Shown piece by piece: positions 34,446 to 45,445 of a stretch of 64,000 bases of DNA. The stretch is from assembly GCA_000004985.1 (NCBI GenBank), contig GG738867.1. One strand, given 5' to 3'. This DNA comes from Naegleria gruberi (lineage: Eukaryota). Made by a program: the position numbers and the translations under genes. Positions within the stretch are counted from its first letter, which is position 1. Every line of letters starts with the position of its first letter. The notes under the pieces were generated by a model. It did no database searches. It was given only the letters and a program-made list of their open reading frames with translations, and had not been told where the DNA came from.

Positions 34446-34727
34446 TTTTTAAAGTTTTTTTTTGAAATTTTTTTGTTTTTTTGAAAATTGATGAAGGAAA
34501 ATTGCAAAGGAGAATTTTTGTTTTCAGGTGAAGGAAAGAATTGATGATTATTGTGGGAAAGGAATGGGTTGGAGAGGATGGGATGGTTCTAATTGTGAGT
34601 TTGGAGTGGTGGCAACGTGATGGAAGGGAAGGAATAAAGTCCTTTCTTATGACTTGTCAAAGAAAAGATTCGAATAAATATTCGATAGAGAGACAGCACT
34701 AATACGGACACAAAAAAGCTCAAAAAA

Positions 34728-37121
34728 ATGTCTCAAGAAGATCAAGAGGTTATCGTGATTGTAGAAGACCAAGAACAACAGAAAGATTCTCTTCCTTTCG
34801 ATCAAGCAAGAATAGAACAAACTAAACTATTCGGAACTAATCAAACTAATTCCTTGTTTCCAACCAATGATCAACCAAAAACAAGATTCGTCCTCTCCAT
34901 TGATGGTGGAGGTGTCAGAGGAACCCTCGCAGGTTCAATCCTTGCCACTCTCGAAAAGGAAGTCATCCAAGAAATTGCCAAACATTTTGCAGAGCTAGGA
35001 GAAAAACCACCAACCAATAACTTTAGTTTAACTTCATGTTTCGATTTGGTAGTCGGTACATCAACAGGTGGAATCATTGCATTAGGTGCTGGTATTTCTA
35101 ATAATGGAGGACCTTTCGATTTTAAATTTTCTGCCTCTGATTTGGGAGATTTATATACGAATAATAGTTCACAGATATTTAGTAAGGAATTTAAACATGG
35201 AAAATTGAGAGAATTTTTGATTTCTTCGAGATATGATCCAACTGGATTGGAAATTGTCATGGAAAAGTATTTTGGAAAGGCCAAGTTGAGTGATTTGGTT
35301 ATTCCAGTGATGGTAACTTCATATGATTTAAATAGACAAGAATTGGTTGTGTTTGATAGTGAAATGGCTAAACCTAAAGGAGAATTGACTATGAGACAGT
35401 TACCTTCTGATTATTATTTGAAAGATATTGCACTTGCCACTTCAGCAGCTCCAACTTTCTTTCCAATTAGAACGATTGAGTCAATTACAGATCCAAGTGA
35501 TAAACATGATTATATTGATGCTGCAGTAACTGCTAATAATCCAACCATGTTGGCTTATTTGAAAGCAAAGAAAATGTATCCAGGCGATTCCATTAATATT
35601 GTTTCATTGGGTTGTGGTTATGAAGGTATTGATAGACCTTCATTGGAAGGAAAGATTGAATGGGCCAAGACAATTTCCTCTCTCATGATTCAAGGAGCAT
35701 CTAATTTGACTGAATATTTAATGCAACAAATGGTAGATTTGTCACCTTTGGATAAATATTGGAGAATTGATGTGAAATTGGATCAGGCAGCTTTAGATTT
35801 GACATCTGAAGATTATTTGAAGAGTTTAAAGATATTGGGATCAAGTTTGAGAACCAACGATGGTAATGCCTATAAGAATATTAGAGATACCATTATTGAC
35901 TTTTATAGAAGTAAGAGTTTTTATACTTGTTTCAAGTTGATTGAAAAAGTTGAAAGTCAATTGATGAGTCCAAAGTACAGAAAGAATGATCAGGTTAGAA
36001 TTGACCTTTCAGATGTTGGATTGACTCCAATTGCATTATGGGAAGTGGTTCACTATTTGAAAAATCAAGTTGACTATGAAAAAATTTACAAAATTGATTT
36101 GAGTGGACAAACTATAACTGTTGAAATATTAGAACAATTGCTCCATTTGAGAACTGAAGAAGCTCCTGAAAAATTGAAAAAGAAACATTGTTCTGTTGAG
36201 AAACTAACTGTCAAGACTCAAATCTTGGAAGAGAAATGTTTAATTCACAAATTAATCATGAGAGATTGTCAATTGAGTGGTCAAGTCCTTGCATGGCTTG
36301 TCAATAAGAGTAAATTGTTTGATGTCTTGGATTTGGGAGGAAGTGTCAAATTGAGTGAATGTGATTCTGGATTTTTGGATTCTCTCTGTCAATTGTCTGA
36401 AAGAGGAAATGTCATTCTAGAAGGAAAGGCCTATTGGGTGATTGGTAATCATTACAGATACTTTGAGAAATTCGATCATTGCAGAAAATCTTACAAGAAA
36501 GGAAGTGAATTAGGCGATGTTGATTGTGAATATTTGGATTGCTTAATGGGATATTTCACAGATAATTTACAAGATCGAAATGAGCAACTTCATCAAATAT
36601 TGAAGAATAGAAATGAAAGAGTTGGATATTTACTTGGCTTGGCAATTGAACAACGAAACCTTTCGAATAATGAACAAGCTCAACAATCAAGAAGTTCAAT
36701 CGATTCTCCATCAAGTAGCTCACCATCCAGTTCATCTCCTATGAAAATTCCACAAGAAAACGATCCACTACCACCTGAATTTGTCGAATATGAAATTGAG
36801 AATCATCATGCCCTATGTGTCGATTGGTATGTCCGAGTTTCTCAATCCATATCCACAAAAGATTCTTCACAACCATGGATTGATAAGGCAAAACTTCGAC
36901 TTTCAAAAGGAAAGACACTTCTTCCAGCTGCATCCAGTCTTGGCTTGGTGTTGTATCCACAAGGTGCAAATACCACAATTGGAGAAGCTATTCTTTCAAA
37001 AAAGGAAAGAAAAGATCAGCAAAAAAAGGAAAAACAAGAAGAAAAGGAAAGAGAAAAAGAAAGAAAACGATTGGAAAAAATGGAAAAGAAGGAATTAAAG
37101 CAAAAGATGAAGAATCAATAG
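34728..37121 (+). CDS. Patatin-like phospholipase domain protein with long C-terminal extension and K/E-rich tail
   Basis: Oxyanion-hole DGGGVRG, nucleophile elbow GTSTGG, and Asp in DAAVTANNP. The C-terminus is low-complexity (KKEKQEEKEREKERK). Confidence 0.7.
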   Translation: MSQEDQEVIVIVEDQEQQKDSLPFDQARIEQTKLFGTNQTNSLFPTNDQPKTRFVLSIDGGGVRGTLAGSILATLEKEVIQEIAKHFAELGEKPPTNNFSLTSCFDLVVGTSTGGIIALGAGISNNGGPFDFKFSASDLGDLYTNNSSQIFSKEFKHGKLREFLISSRYDPTGLEIVMEKYFGKAKLSDLVIPVMVTSYDLNRQELVVFDSEMAKPKGELTMRQLPSDYYLKDIALATSAAPTFFPIRTIESITDPSDKHDYIDAAVTANNPTMLAYLKAKKMYPGDSINIVSLGCGYEGIDRPSLEGKIEWAKTISSLMIQGASNLTEYLMQQMVDLSPLDKYWRIDVKLDQAALDLTSEDYLKSLKILGSSLRTNDGNAYKNIRDTIIDFYRSKSFYTCFKLIEKVESQLMSPKYRKNDQVRIDLSDVGLTPIALWEVVHYLKNQVDYEKIYKIDLSGQTITVEILEQLLHLRTEEAPEKLKKKHCSVEKLTVKTQILEEKCLIHKLIMRDCQLSGQVLAWLVNKSKLFDVLDLGGSVKLSECDSGFLDSLCQLSERGNVILEGKAYWVIGNHYRYFEKFDHCRKSYKKGSELGDVDCEYLDCLMGYFTDNLQDRNEQLHQILKNRNERVGYLLGLAIEQRNLSNNEQAQQSRSSIDSPSSSSPSSSSPMKIPQENDPLPPEFVEYEIENHHALCVDWYVRVSQSISTKDSSQPWIDKAKLRLSKGKTLLPAASSLGLVLYPQGANTTIGEAILSKKERKDQQKKEKQEEKEREKERKRLEKMEKKELKQKMKNQ

Positions 37122-37158
37122 TTGAATAGCTAGTGTAATTGTAAATAAATGTCAGAAC

Positions 37159-38274
37159 ATGATGGAACTGCAAGTTTTAAATCGCATTTCAAAGAAAGTA
37201 GACGAAACTTGGAACAAAAAAATGTCTGCATTCGAATTACCAGACGATATTTGGTTAGAAATTATTTCATTCCTAGATTCTCACGATATTATCAAAAATT
37301 GTTTTTTAATTTCAAAACAATTTTTGGGTATTATAAAAAGTTATTCGAAACTTTCCATACGAGTGAAAGCACCTTTGCATGGAACAATTAATATTTTATT
37401 AGAAACCTTGTTGAAATCATTTTCCGGGAGAAACTTGACGAAACTTGATCTGAGAAGAAATTTTATTCATGCAAAATTGGCAGAACATTTAGGGAATTTG
37501 CACCAATTGACCGATTTAAATGTTGACGATTCTTTTATTGTAGAACCTGCAATTGATTCTATTCGCTACTTGACTAAACTGTCAACACTTTCGATCAATT
37601 CTAATAATTTAAAAACAAAGGAATTGAAAATTATCAAGGAAATGAAACAATTAACAGTTCTATCGATTGCAAAGAATTCAATGCAATCTGGAGGTGCTAA
37701 ATTATTACGAAACCTTTCCAATTTGACTATTCTAAATATTTCGAATAATCGAATTGGAAATGAAGGATGGAAATATTTATGTTCAATGAAACAATTAACC
37801 AAACTAAACATTTCTGGTACTAACATTTCTTCTGAAGGAATTTCATACCTAACCAACTTTCCAAATTTAACAGAATTGAACTTTTCTGGAAATACCAGTT
37901 TGAGATTTTCTCAAAAAGTACAAGAACAATTGAGTGAATTGAAATATTTAACGAAACTTGTCATCAATTACATCCATCCTATTCCAATTGATGACCTTCA
38001 ATATATTCACAAATTAGAGAAACTCACCAGTCTTTCTCTCAAATCTAATTTCATGTACGATGCGTCAGCAATTCACATTTCAAAGTGTGAGAAATTAACC
38101 TATTTGGATGTTGCAATTAATAATTTGAGTGATGCTGCAGCAGAAGCATTTTCTCATCTACCAAATTTGAAATATTTGAATATTTCTGAAAATTATCTTT
38201 CCAAAAAAGGAGTCGAGCTATTACGTAACATGCCCCAGTTGACCAGTTTGATTTATGAAAGCGAATTGTTATGA
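37159..38274 (+). CDS. F-box/leucine-rich-repeat (RI-type LRR) protein
   Basis: N-terminal LPDDIWLEIISFLDSHDIIKNCFLISKQF (F-box), followed by about 10 LRRs of the L..L.I..N.IG.EG type. Confidence 0.6.
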   Translation: MMELQVLNRISKKVDETWNKKMSAFELPDDIWLEIISFLDSHDIIKNCFLISKQFLGIIKSYSKLSIRVKAPLHGTINILLETLLKSFSGRNLTKLDLRRNFIHAKLAEHLGNLHQLTDLNVDDSFIVEPAIDSIRYLTKLSTLSINSNNLKTKELKIIKEMKQLTVLSIAKNSMQSGGAKLLRNLSNLTILNISNNRIGNEGWKYLCSMKQLTKLNISGTNISSEGISYLTNFPNLTELNFSGNTSLRFSQKVQEQLSELKYLTKLVINYIHPIPIDDLQYIHKLEKLTSLSLKSNFMYDASAIHISKCEKLTYLDVAINNLSDAAAEAFSHLPNLKYLNISENYLSKKGVELLRNMPQLTSLIYESELL

Positions 38275-38296
38275 ATTTAAATATTATTGTTCTTAT

Positions 38297-40201
38297 TTAC
38301 AATTTGGATGGTTTTTGATTATTTTGATTCAAGAGTTTTTGAAGATTGACAAGTTTCAATGCCAACCCAATATTTCCCTTGACCTTCACAGAACCAGTCA
38401 TGAATGCAGTTTGAGGAGCAAGTTTACCAGACATGATCTTGTAACAAGTGGCATCTGTCATGGTCATTGTACAGTCGATTACCTTTTCTCCTTCTTTTGA
38501 TTCTGGTACGCCCATATAAACTCCACAATCTTCACCATTCTTCATATTTAAAGTCCATTGTTTCTTAATTGTCTTGTTGGAATTGTTGATGAGATCAAAG
38601 ACATAGGTCACTTTGTACTTTTGAGTCAAGTCAGAATGTTCCTTGAAGAGAGAAATCATTCTTCCAAAGATTTCAGAGCATTGATATCCTTCAATATTGA
38701 CTTCACTTGGTTGTTCAGCTCTGGTCAATCCAGCAACTACTTTCTTTCCTTGTTTGCTTGGAGCAGCAGATGATTGTTGTACTGGTGCTGCTAGTTGATT
38801 TTTCAGTAGTACTTTCACTTGATGAAACCTTTCTAGTGGCTTGATTCTTGGCAATATTTGTGGCATGTTTGATGATATTTTGGAAACTTTCAGCAGCACT
38901 GGAAGGATTTCTCACATATCCACTATCCTCATCCACTGGTCCATTTACACTGTAGAATGAATTGATCTTACTCCAATTCTTTTCAATAAGTTCAGTATTC
39001 AAAGCATCCTCAATTGTATCACAATAGAATGGAATACCTCTTTCATATCTCACTTTGGTAATGACACCTCCACCAACTTCATAGATTTGTCCATTTTCCT
39101 TACATTTAGAACTGCACAAGAACAAGACTAATGGAGAAACAATTTCAACCTTGAGAGCATCCAACCAATCCTTGTCCACATTGGATTGTTGCAAAATTTG
39201 AGTTCCTGCAAGAGGACTCACACAATTCACACAAACATCTCCAATTCTATCACTTTCAATAGCAAGAGTTCTAGCCAATCCACACAATGCCTCCTTACAA
39301 GCTCCATAATTAGCTTGTCCAAAATTACCAAACAATCCGGCAGCACTTGTTGTGAAAATTACACGACCATACTTTTGTGTTTTGAAAACATTCCAAGCAG
39401 CTCTTGTCATTAAAAAGACTCCATGCAAATGCACTTGATAAATTTGATCCCATTGTTGTTCACTCATATTTGCAAATGATTTATCCCTCAAAATTCCAGC
39501 ATTATTCACAAGCATGGTCAATTTAGCTTGAGGAGAGAATGATTTCAATGCATCTTGAATAATCCTTGGTGGTCCTTCTGGATTTGTCATGGAATGAATG
39601 CAAGGAATGGCTCTTGGATAAGTTGCATCTGTGTATGATGTGCATTGAAGAATCGTCATAGCAATATTTTCCAATGAACAAATATCCATCCGATCATGAT
39701 CCACACAATAATTTGTTCCGATCATTGTTATATTAACCAGCACATTTGATGATGTTATTTAATTTTCCGAAATATTCAATCCATAATTCATCATCAATTG
39801 TTGTTTGTTAATATTTTAATGATGATGATGATGAATATTAAAAACCTACTGGTTGGAAAAGTCTTATTAATATAATCAGCTAATTAAAATCATCATCAAA
39901 ACATTTAAATTCATCATCATCACCAAAATACAAAAATTCCAACAAGTTTGATCATCAATAGGAACAAGAAGAATATCCGATCATATTAATCATCATTTGG
40001 AGGAAGAATAATTTACGTACCAGTTTCCTTGGCTGCCTTTTCATCAACATCATGAATTACAACAAATGCTCCACATGCAGCAAAGGCTAAAGCATGGGAT
40101 TTTCCGAGACCTCTGGCTGAACCAGTAATGATACAAATTTGATCGGTGAAGGAGAGGTTGTTACCTTTTGGAAGGAGATTTGAAGACATTTTTTTTTTCA
40201 A
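38297..40201 (-). CDS. Peroxisomal multifunctional enzyme type (SDR dehydrogenase + SCP2 domain, mfeA-like), exons 40021..40201 and 38300..39628, with a frame break near 38800
   Basis: Exon 1 encodes ICIITGSARGLGKSHALAFAACGAFVVIHDVDEKAAKETG (Rossmann TGxxxGxG). A 392-nt intron (39629..40020, GTACGT..CACAG) follows a roughly 130-nt AG-free tract. Exon 2 encodes LVNNAGILRD, the catalytic SAAG...YGACK, then an SCP2 domain (ORF 38297..38899). ORFs 38715..39743 and 38297..38899 overlap in different frames within an S/T-rich linker. Confidence 0.7.
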
Positions 40202-40248
40202 TATATTAAAAAATAATTTTCCTTAAATGGAATTTGGTTTTTTTTTTA

Positions 40249-41247
40249 TTAATTATTTAAATTTAAATGGTTTGCAATTTTATCAGAAATGGATTCTATT
40301 GCGTCCAATTTAGCGGAATCTTGTTGCACTTTTTCAATTTTTTCATTATTTTCAAAATTAGAAACTTTGGAAGAAACTTTTTCATTATCATTTTCATCAT
40401 TTAATAAATCAAACAATTGAATACACTTTTTTCTCACACTTTCGTTCGTTATTTTTTTAGAATTGACCAAGGCATCAAATCCACTCTCTCCATTTTGATC
40501 TTTCATTTCGAATAACTTTCTCAAATTCTTATTCTTAATTAAATATTCAAGCATTTCAAATCTTCCATCATAACATGCATAATGCAAAATTGAATATTTT
40601 CCCTTTCCAACAATAAATGGATTATAATTACATTCCTCAATTAAATATCTTAATAAATCCAACCTTCCATTTCTGGCAGTTTGTAATAAAATTGGTTTGT
40701 TCATTGGCCAGATTTCAAAGTTCATACTGTAAAATGTTTTCTTTCCATTGATTTCATTTTTGAATTCTTCCAAGGTTAGTTTAGTTTCGTATTTTGTAAA
40801 GAACTTTCCACAAGTGTCAAATCTGTCACATAAATCATTATAGAATGGAATGGCAGGATTTTCTTCTCGATAACATGTGATCAAGGTTTTGAAATCTTCA
40901 CTCAAAATAATAACATTTCCTTCGTATTCAACTTTCCATCTAATTTCTAATGAATTATTCGAAACTCGTTCCTTTCCATAGCAGCCAAATTTCTTGATTT
41001 TTTTAATAAGTTCATTCGAGAAGAGTCTTTCCTTCTTTCTTATTCTTGAATGATAGGTGGAAAAAACAGAACTTGCTGTCGATATTATATCATCCATTTG
41101 ATCTGAAAGTGTTTGTGAACTTTCCAATAGATCGGACGAATCAACAATACTTGACTGATCATCATTTGATACATGACTTGCCACCGAATCTTCTACTTTA
41201 TCCATCAAAACAACATTTCCATGATTATGATCCGTGTCTTGACTCAT
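40249..41247 (-). CDS. Ankyrin-repeat protein (hypothetical)
   Basis: ANK repeats LLQTARNGRLDLLRYLIEE and ILHYACYDGRFEMLEYLIKN. The likely start is MSQDTD at 41247, in an A-rich context (aaaaaaaaATG). Confidence 0.5.
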   Translation of the reverse strand: MSQDTDHNHGNVVLMDKVEDSVASHVSNDDQSSIVDSSDLLESSQTLSDQMDDIISTASSVFSTYHSRIRKKERLFSNELIKKIKKFGCYGKERVSNNSLEIRWKVEYEGNVIILSEDFKTLITCYREENPAIPFYNDLCDRFDTCGKFFTKYETKLTLEEFKNEINGKKTFYSMNFEIWPMNKPILLQTARNGRLDLLRYLIEECNYNPFIVGKGKYSILHYACYDGRFEMLEYLIKNKNLRKLFEMKDQNGESGFDALVNSKKITNESVRKKCIQLFDLLNDENDNEKVSSKVSNFENNEKIEKVQQDSAKLDAIESISDKIANHLNLNN

Positions 41248-41327
41248 TTTTTTTTGGAAATTGTGAATGACTGTCAATTTCCTTGACATTTTACATGAAC
41301 AAAAAAAGATTTTTTATTAGACTCGTT

Positions 41328-43052
41328 TTACAAGGTAAAGAATGAAAGAATAATCAAAAGCAATACCATCGCAATGCTTGGATGACTAATTAATTGTCCA
41401 TCATTGACTCTATCAGGATTTGTTGAATTTTTGGCAATGACACCTGTTGTGAAAGAAGTGGTTGGGTTGACTGAAGAGACAGCTGCTGGAACTTCTACTT
41501 TAAGCAGTTGAGCTGAAACAGTGGATTCCTGGTTGACTCCACTGGTAGCAAAAATACTTCCCCAACAACTGGAAGAAGGCCAAGTAAATACGAAACTTTG
41601 TCCATTATTCAAGTTTCCACTATCGATATTGGAAAGATTTCTACAAGCTAAATTGATATAAAATCTAAATTGACCACCACCAGTTGTAATTGCAGTGATA
41701 TTGTACAATTGACCAGAAGTTGGCTTTGCCCACAATGTTTTTGAAAGACCAGTTCCATTCGTATTTCTTTGAGAAGTTTTAGAAGTTCTATTCGAAAAGA
41801 CAACTGCTTGTTTCCATGTATCGAAATATCCCAATGAACCTCCATATTCCAATGCCCATGGACCTCTCATGGAAATTAAATTTTGATTCAGACTGAATTT
41901 AATTGGCTTATCTTCACCATTCAAATATCCTGAACATGATTTGAGAGGTCTGAGGGCAGCTCTAATAACTTGCAATTCATAGGCAGCTTGATTACTCCAT
42001 CCACCCGGATGCAATGTGTAATTACTTCCAATTTCAACATAGATATTGAATGGAGTTCCTGTATTTCTGTCTGTAACGTAAGCTCCATAAGTTTTCAGAG
42101 TTTCAGCAATTTTTCTCAATTTTGGAATGGTCAATGATTTGGTTACGTTGAAATCTGAAGGAAGCATCAATAAACTGCCTTCTGGAATTGTTCCATAATT
42201 GGTAGCGGCTGCATCACCATCAGCAGCTGTGGCTGGCCAAACATAGGTTGGATTATTGGACAAACCATTAAATGTCATAGACAAGGTCAATGCATGTCTA
42301 TATTGTGAATCACCATCATCAACTTCATACTTTCTAATCAATCCAGCAGAGCTAGGAACACCAGTGGCTCTAGCTCCCTGATAGAAGAATGCAGGAGTTC
42401 CCCAACCAACACCATCAAGAGCTGACCAACCATACAATGCTGCACGCCATGTTCCATTCACATTCTTCAATTGCCAGAATGAGTGAATTACTTTATCAAT
42501 TGGATCAAAAATTTCACAATGTCCTATTCAAGTACAATCATTGAAATTCAACACACAACAAATTCAACCAATGAAACACAAAGTTAAATAAATGACAAAT
42601 AAATGAACTAAACTTACCATCACTTCCACTTGCTGGTAAAGTATTAGATGGCCAACGAGGAATTGTAACACTCGTTGTAGATCCACCAATATCAGCAATG
42701 GCAATGCCAGTATTTGCAGATGGACCATAAACTAACTTGGAGGTATCATCTGCAGAAGCAATGAAAACACCAGTTGAGTAAATACCTTCACCAATGGCTG
42801 GATAGAAAGAAGATTGAGGAACAGTCTTGGAATCGTCTAAAACTGGGTTGACTGGACGACTATTCCAAGGAGAGTTGGCAGAGAATGGTCTGTAAACGCT
42901 ACCAAAAGGATAAGTAGCTGCTTGAATGACTGTTGTGTCATACAGGAATATGTCTACACACACAAGTCAAAAAGTCAGTTGCCAAAAATTAACTTACAAA
43001 TTGCTAGGAACAATGTAACGAGTGACAATCTAACGTATCTATTAACTTTCAT
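41328..43052 (-). CDS. Secreted, predicted GPI-anchored protein of unknown family, 3 exons: 42998..43052, 42618..42953, 41331..42523
   Basis: Exon 1 encodes a signal peptide, MKVNRYVRLSLVTLFLAI. Introns are 42954..42997 (44 nt, GTAAGT..GTGTAG) and 42524..42617 (94 nt, GTAAGT..GAATAG), with consistent phases. The C-terminus is a hydrophobic stretch (SIAMVLLLIILSFFTL) after an S/T-rich region. Many N-glycosylation sequons. Confidence 0.5.
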
Positions 43053-43505
43053 TGTTATTTTTTTTTTATTGCTGTTTTTATCAACTTGGAGTTATTGCAC
43101 TACTCTTCAAATCAGCAAAAATGATAAGTGACAGTTGAATCGTCGAGTTTACTGAAAGGTAATGAGTCAACAACCAGTACACCAATGGAAACTATCATAA
43201 TTGTATTTTTTTGGTGCATTGAATGTAACACACCTACGTTTCCGATAGTAAACTTATCCTATTTATCTTTAGATATTTTCGCTCAAAATTCTACTGGAAC
43301 CTTAATACACTCAATATTGTGGTTTTTACAATATTATGATATGTACAGCTCATAATCAATCGATCATGAAATTGTACAGTTTTGAATGTTTATTGTAAAG
43401 AATTTAATTGTAAAGAATTTGTAAATTTAAAAAATATGTAAAAAATATTAAAAAAAATACCGTTACATTCAAGAGCACACACAACTCTCTCAGACAGATA
43501 ATAGC

Positions 43506-45350
43506 ATGAAAATTACCGATTTGGATCACGATTCACTAGATAACATTCTTTCCTATTGTCCCCATCGGGCATGTTATGAAATTCAATCGATGCGAGAAAC
43601 ATGTTCGGGATGGAATTTATTATTTCGAGGTGGAGGTGGAGAAAATACAAATTTAATAGGGAACAATGGAGCGGAATTGATCGGAGAAGGAAATTCACTG
43701 GGAAAGATGGTGAAGGAGAGTGTTAGAAGTTCAAATTTGATGAAACGAGTGGAGGAAATGTATTTGCCTCGAGTGCACTTTCGTATTTCTGTGCCAGTTA
43801 GTAATGATGATAGTGAATTGGATTCAGAAATTGTTGATGATCAATCGATTTATTGGGAATATGTTCAGGAATTTAAAAAGATATTTGGGGATTCTGTTAG
43901 AATAGTTTCGGATTCAGAGTTGGAAATTGATTTTGAAATGGAAGAAAGTGTACTGCAGAATTTGGAAGAGGTAATTGAAAAGGATGTTGCTGTTAAAAAG
44001 AAGGAGGACTTGGTGACCTATCTCACAAATCGCTCAATCAATGTTGATACTTGCAAACTTTATCATGTTGTGAAAAAAATCGAACATGAAGAGAGAGAAC
44101 TATCGAAACACATTACATTGGTTGACTTGTTTAATGATTGGAAGAATCAACCTATTTTGAATAAGGAAATGAAAGTGAATCCATGTAGATTATACAAGAA
44201 GGTCATTCTTCATTTAATATTTACTAATACCTATGATACCAATACGAAAGATATTCATTTAAGCAGAGAATCAACAATAATTGCTTCAAATAGACGTGCA
44301 AAGGGATTTATATTTCCATACCGTACTAGAGATGAAATTAATTTCAGTTGGGGAAGTGTTAGTATGGATTACGAAGTAATTTACAAATTTAAAAGTAGGA
44401 ATGAATCAGTAGAAGATAGAACGAGAATAATTGTGTACCATTTACTGAGAAACAAATTAATTCCTGTAATGAATGAGACACTCATTGATTTGAAAAAATT
44501 ATTTAGAAAGGACTTGTTGAACTATGTCAAAACTTTGGAAAGTGAGGAGGATTTATATTACTTCCTCACTGTGAGGGAGAATATTTTGAAAAGATATAGA
44601 GATGGGCTCTTGAGTGGAAAGATCAAATTTCCAGATTTTACAAATGACAAGTTTAATTTCCAAGTTGACAGTTTCATTATTCCACAATTTCTAAATCTCG
44701 TTGGATTAGAAAGTATGGACAATAAGCAACGAGGACAATTCCTCAAACAATTATTGAAACACATTTACAAATCTCAAGTATTACTTTCAGATGAAGCCCT
44801 AGAGGAATATTTTGAAAAAATGCAAATTGAGAGAAGAGAAAAATTTGCCATTACAGAAACTGAACGATTGAATGTTAGTTTCGAGAGAATATTCTTTGAA
44901 AGAGAAACGTCTACCATTTTTCATCATTTAGTTTCCTTTCCCTCCTTTCCTTCAATTAGTTTAGAGAAAATTGATGAAGATATTCCAAAAGAACAAACTC
45001 TAACCAAATTGACCAGTACTGGTCAAATTGACAAATGTTGGACACGAGCATGTTGCATGAATAGGGTATGTGGAATCTGTAATTGTTGTGCAATATTATC
45101 ATGTTGGTGTGCAACCAGTTGTTGCTGTTACACTCAAGATTCGAATGCTGATACAGTTCAAACAGTAAGAGGATTAGGATTACCAACATGGGTTGGATGG
45201 ATGTTCAATTGTATCTGTTGTTATAGACATCGAATATTTCCAATGTTGGATTGTTTCAATTGTGTTAATCAATGCTTTACTGTTAAAGATGGAGTGGATG
45301 GTGTTGAATATAGATATCAGCGTATGTATCTAGAAAAGAAAAACATGTAA
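43506..45350 (+). CDS. Hypothetical protein with F-box-like N-terminus and C-terminal Cys-rich cluster
   Basis: LDNILSYCPHRACYEIQSMRETCSGWNLL is F-box-like. The C-terminus is CWTRACCMNRVCGICNCCAILSCWCATSCCCY. Confidence 0.45.
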   Translation: MKITDLDHDSLDNILSYCPHRACYEIQSMRETCSGWNLLFRGGGGENTNLIGNNGAELIGEGNSLGKMVKESVRSSNLMKRVEEMYLPRVHFRISVPVSNDDSELDSEIVDDQSIYWEYVQEFKKIFGDSVRIVSDSELEIDFEMEESVLQNLEEVIEKDVAVKKKEDLVTYLTNRSINVDTCKLYHVVKKIEHEERELSKHITLVDLFNDWKNQPILNKEMKVNPCRLYKKVILHLIFTNTYDTNTKDIHLSRESTIIASNRRAKGFIFPYRTRDEINFSWGSVSMDYEVIYKFKSRNESVEDRTRIIVYHLLRNKLIPVMNETLIDLKKLFRKDLLNYVKTLESEEDLYYFLTVRENILKRYRDGLLSGKIKFPDFTNDKFNFQVDSFIIPQFLNLVGLESMDNKQRGQFLKQLLKHIYKSQVLLSDEALEEYFEKMQIERREKFAITETERLNVSFERIFFERETSTIFHHLVSFPSFPSISLEKIDEDIPKEQTLTKLTSTGQIDKCWTRACCMNRVCGICNCCAILSCWCATSCCCYTQDSNADTVQTVRGLGLPTWVGWMFNCICCYRHRIFPMLDCFNCVNQCFTVKDGVDGVEYRYQRMYLEKKNM

Positions 45351-45445
45351 ATACGAAACCTTTGGTCTTTCCGATAGAATTTTGCAAATGTCTCATTGTG
45401 GTGTTGACAACAGAACTGTGACGAAATAAAAAGATTGTCTTGAAT

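Noticed and set aside
38760-38830. 70-nt GC-rich GTGAAA..CAAG intron that would fix the mfeA-like frame break
   Set aside because: Weak donor, atypical composition, and it would delete a plausible linker. An indel is more parsimonious.
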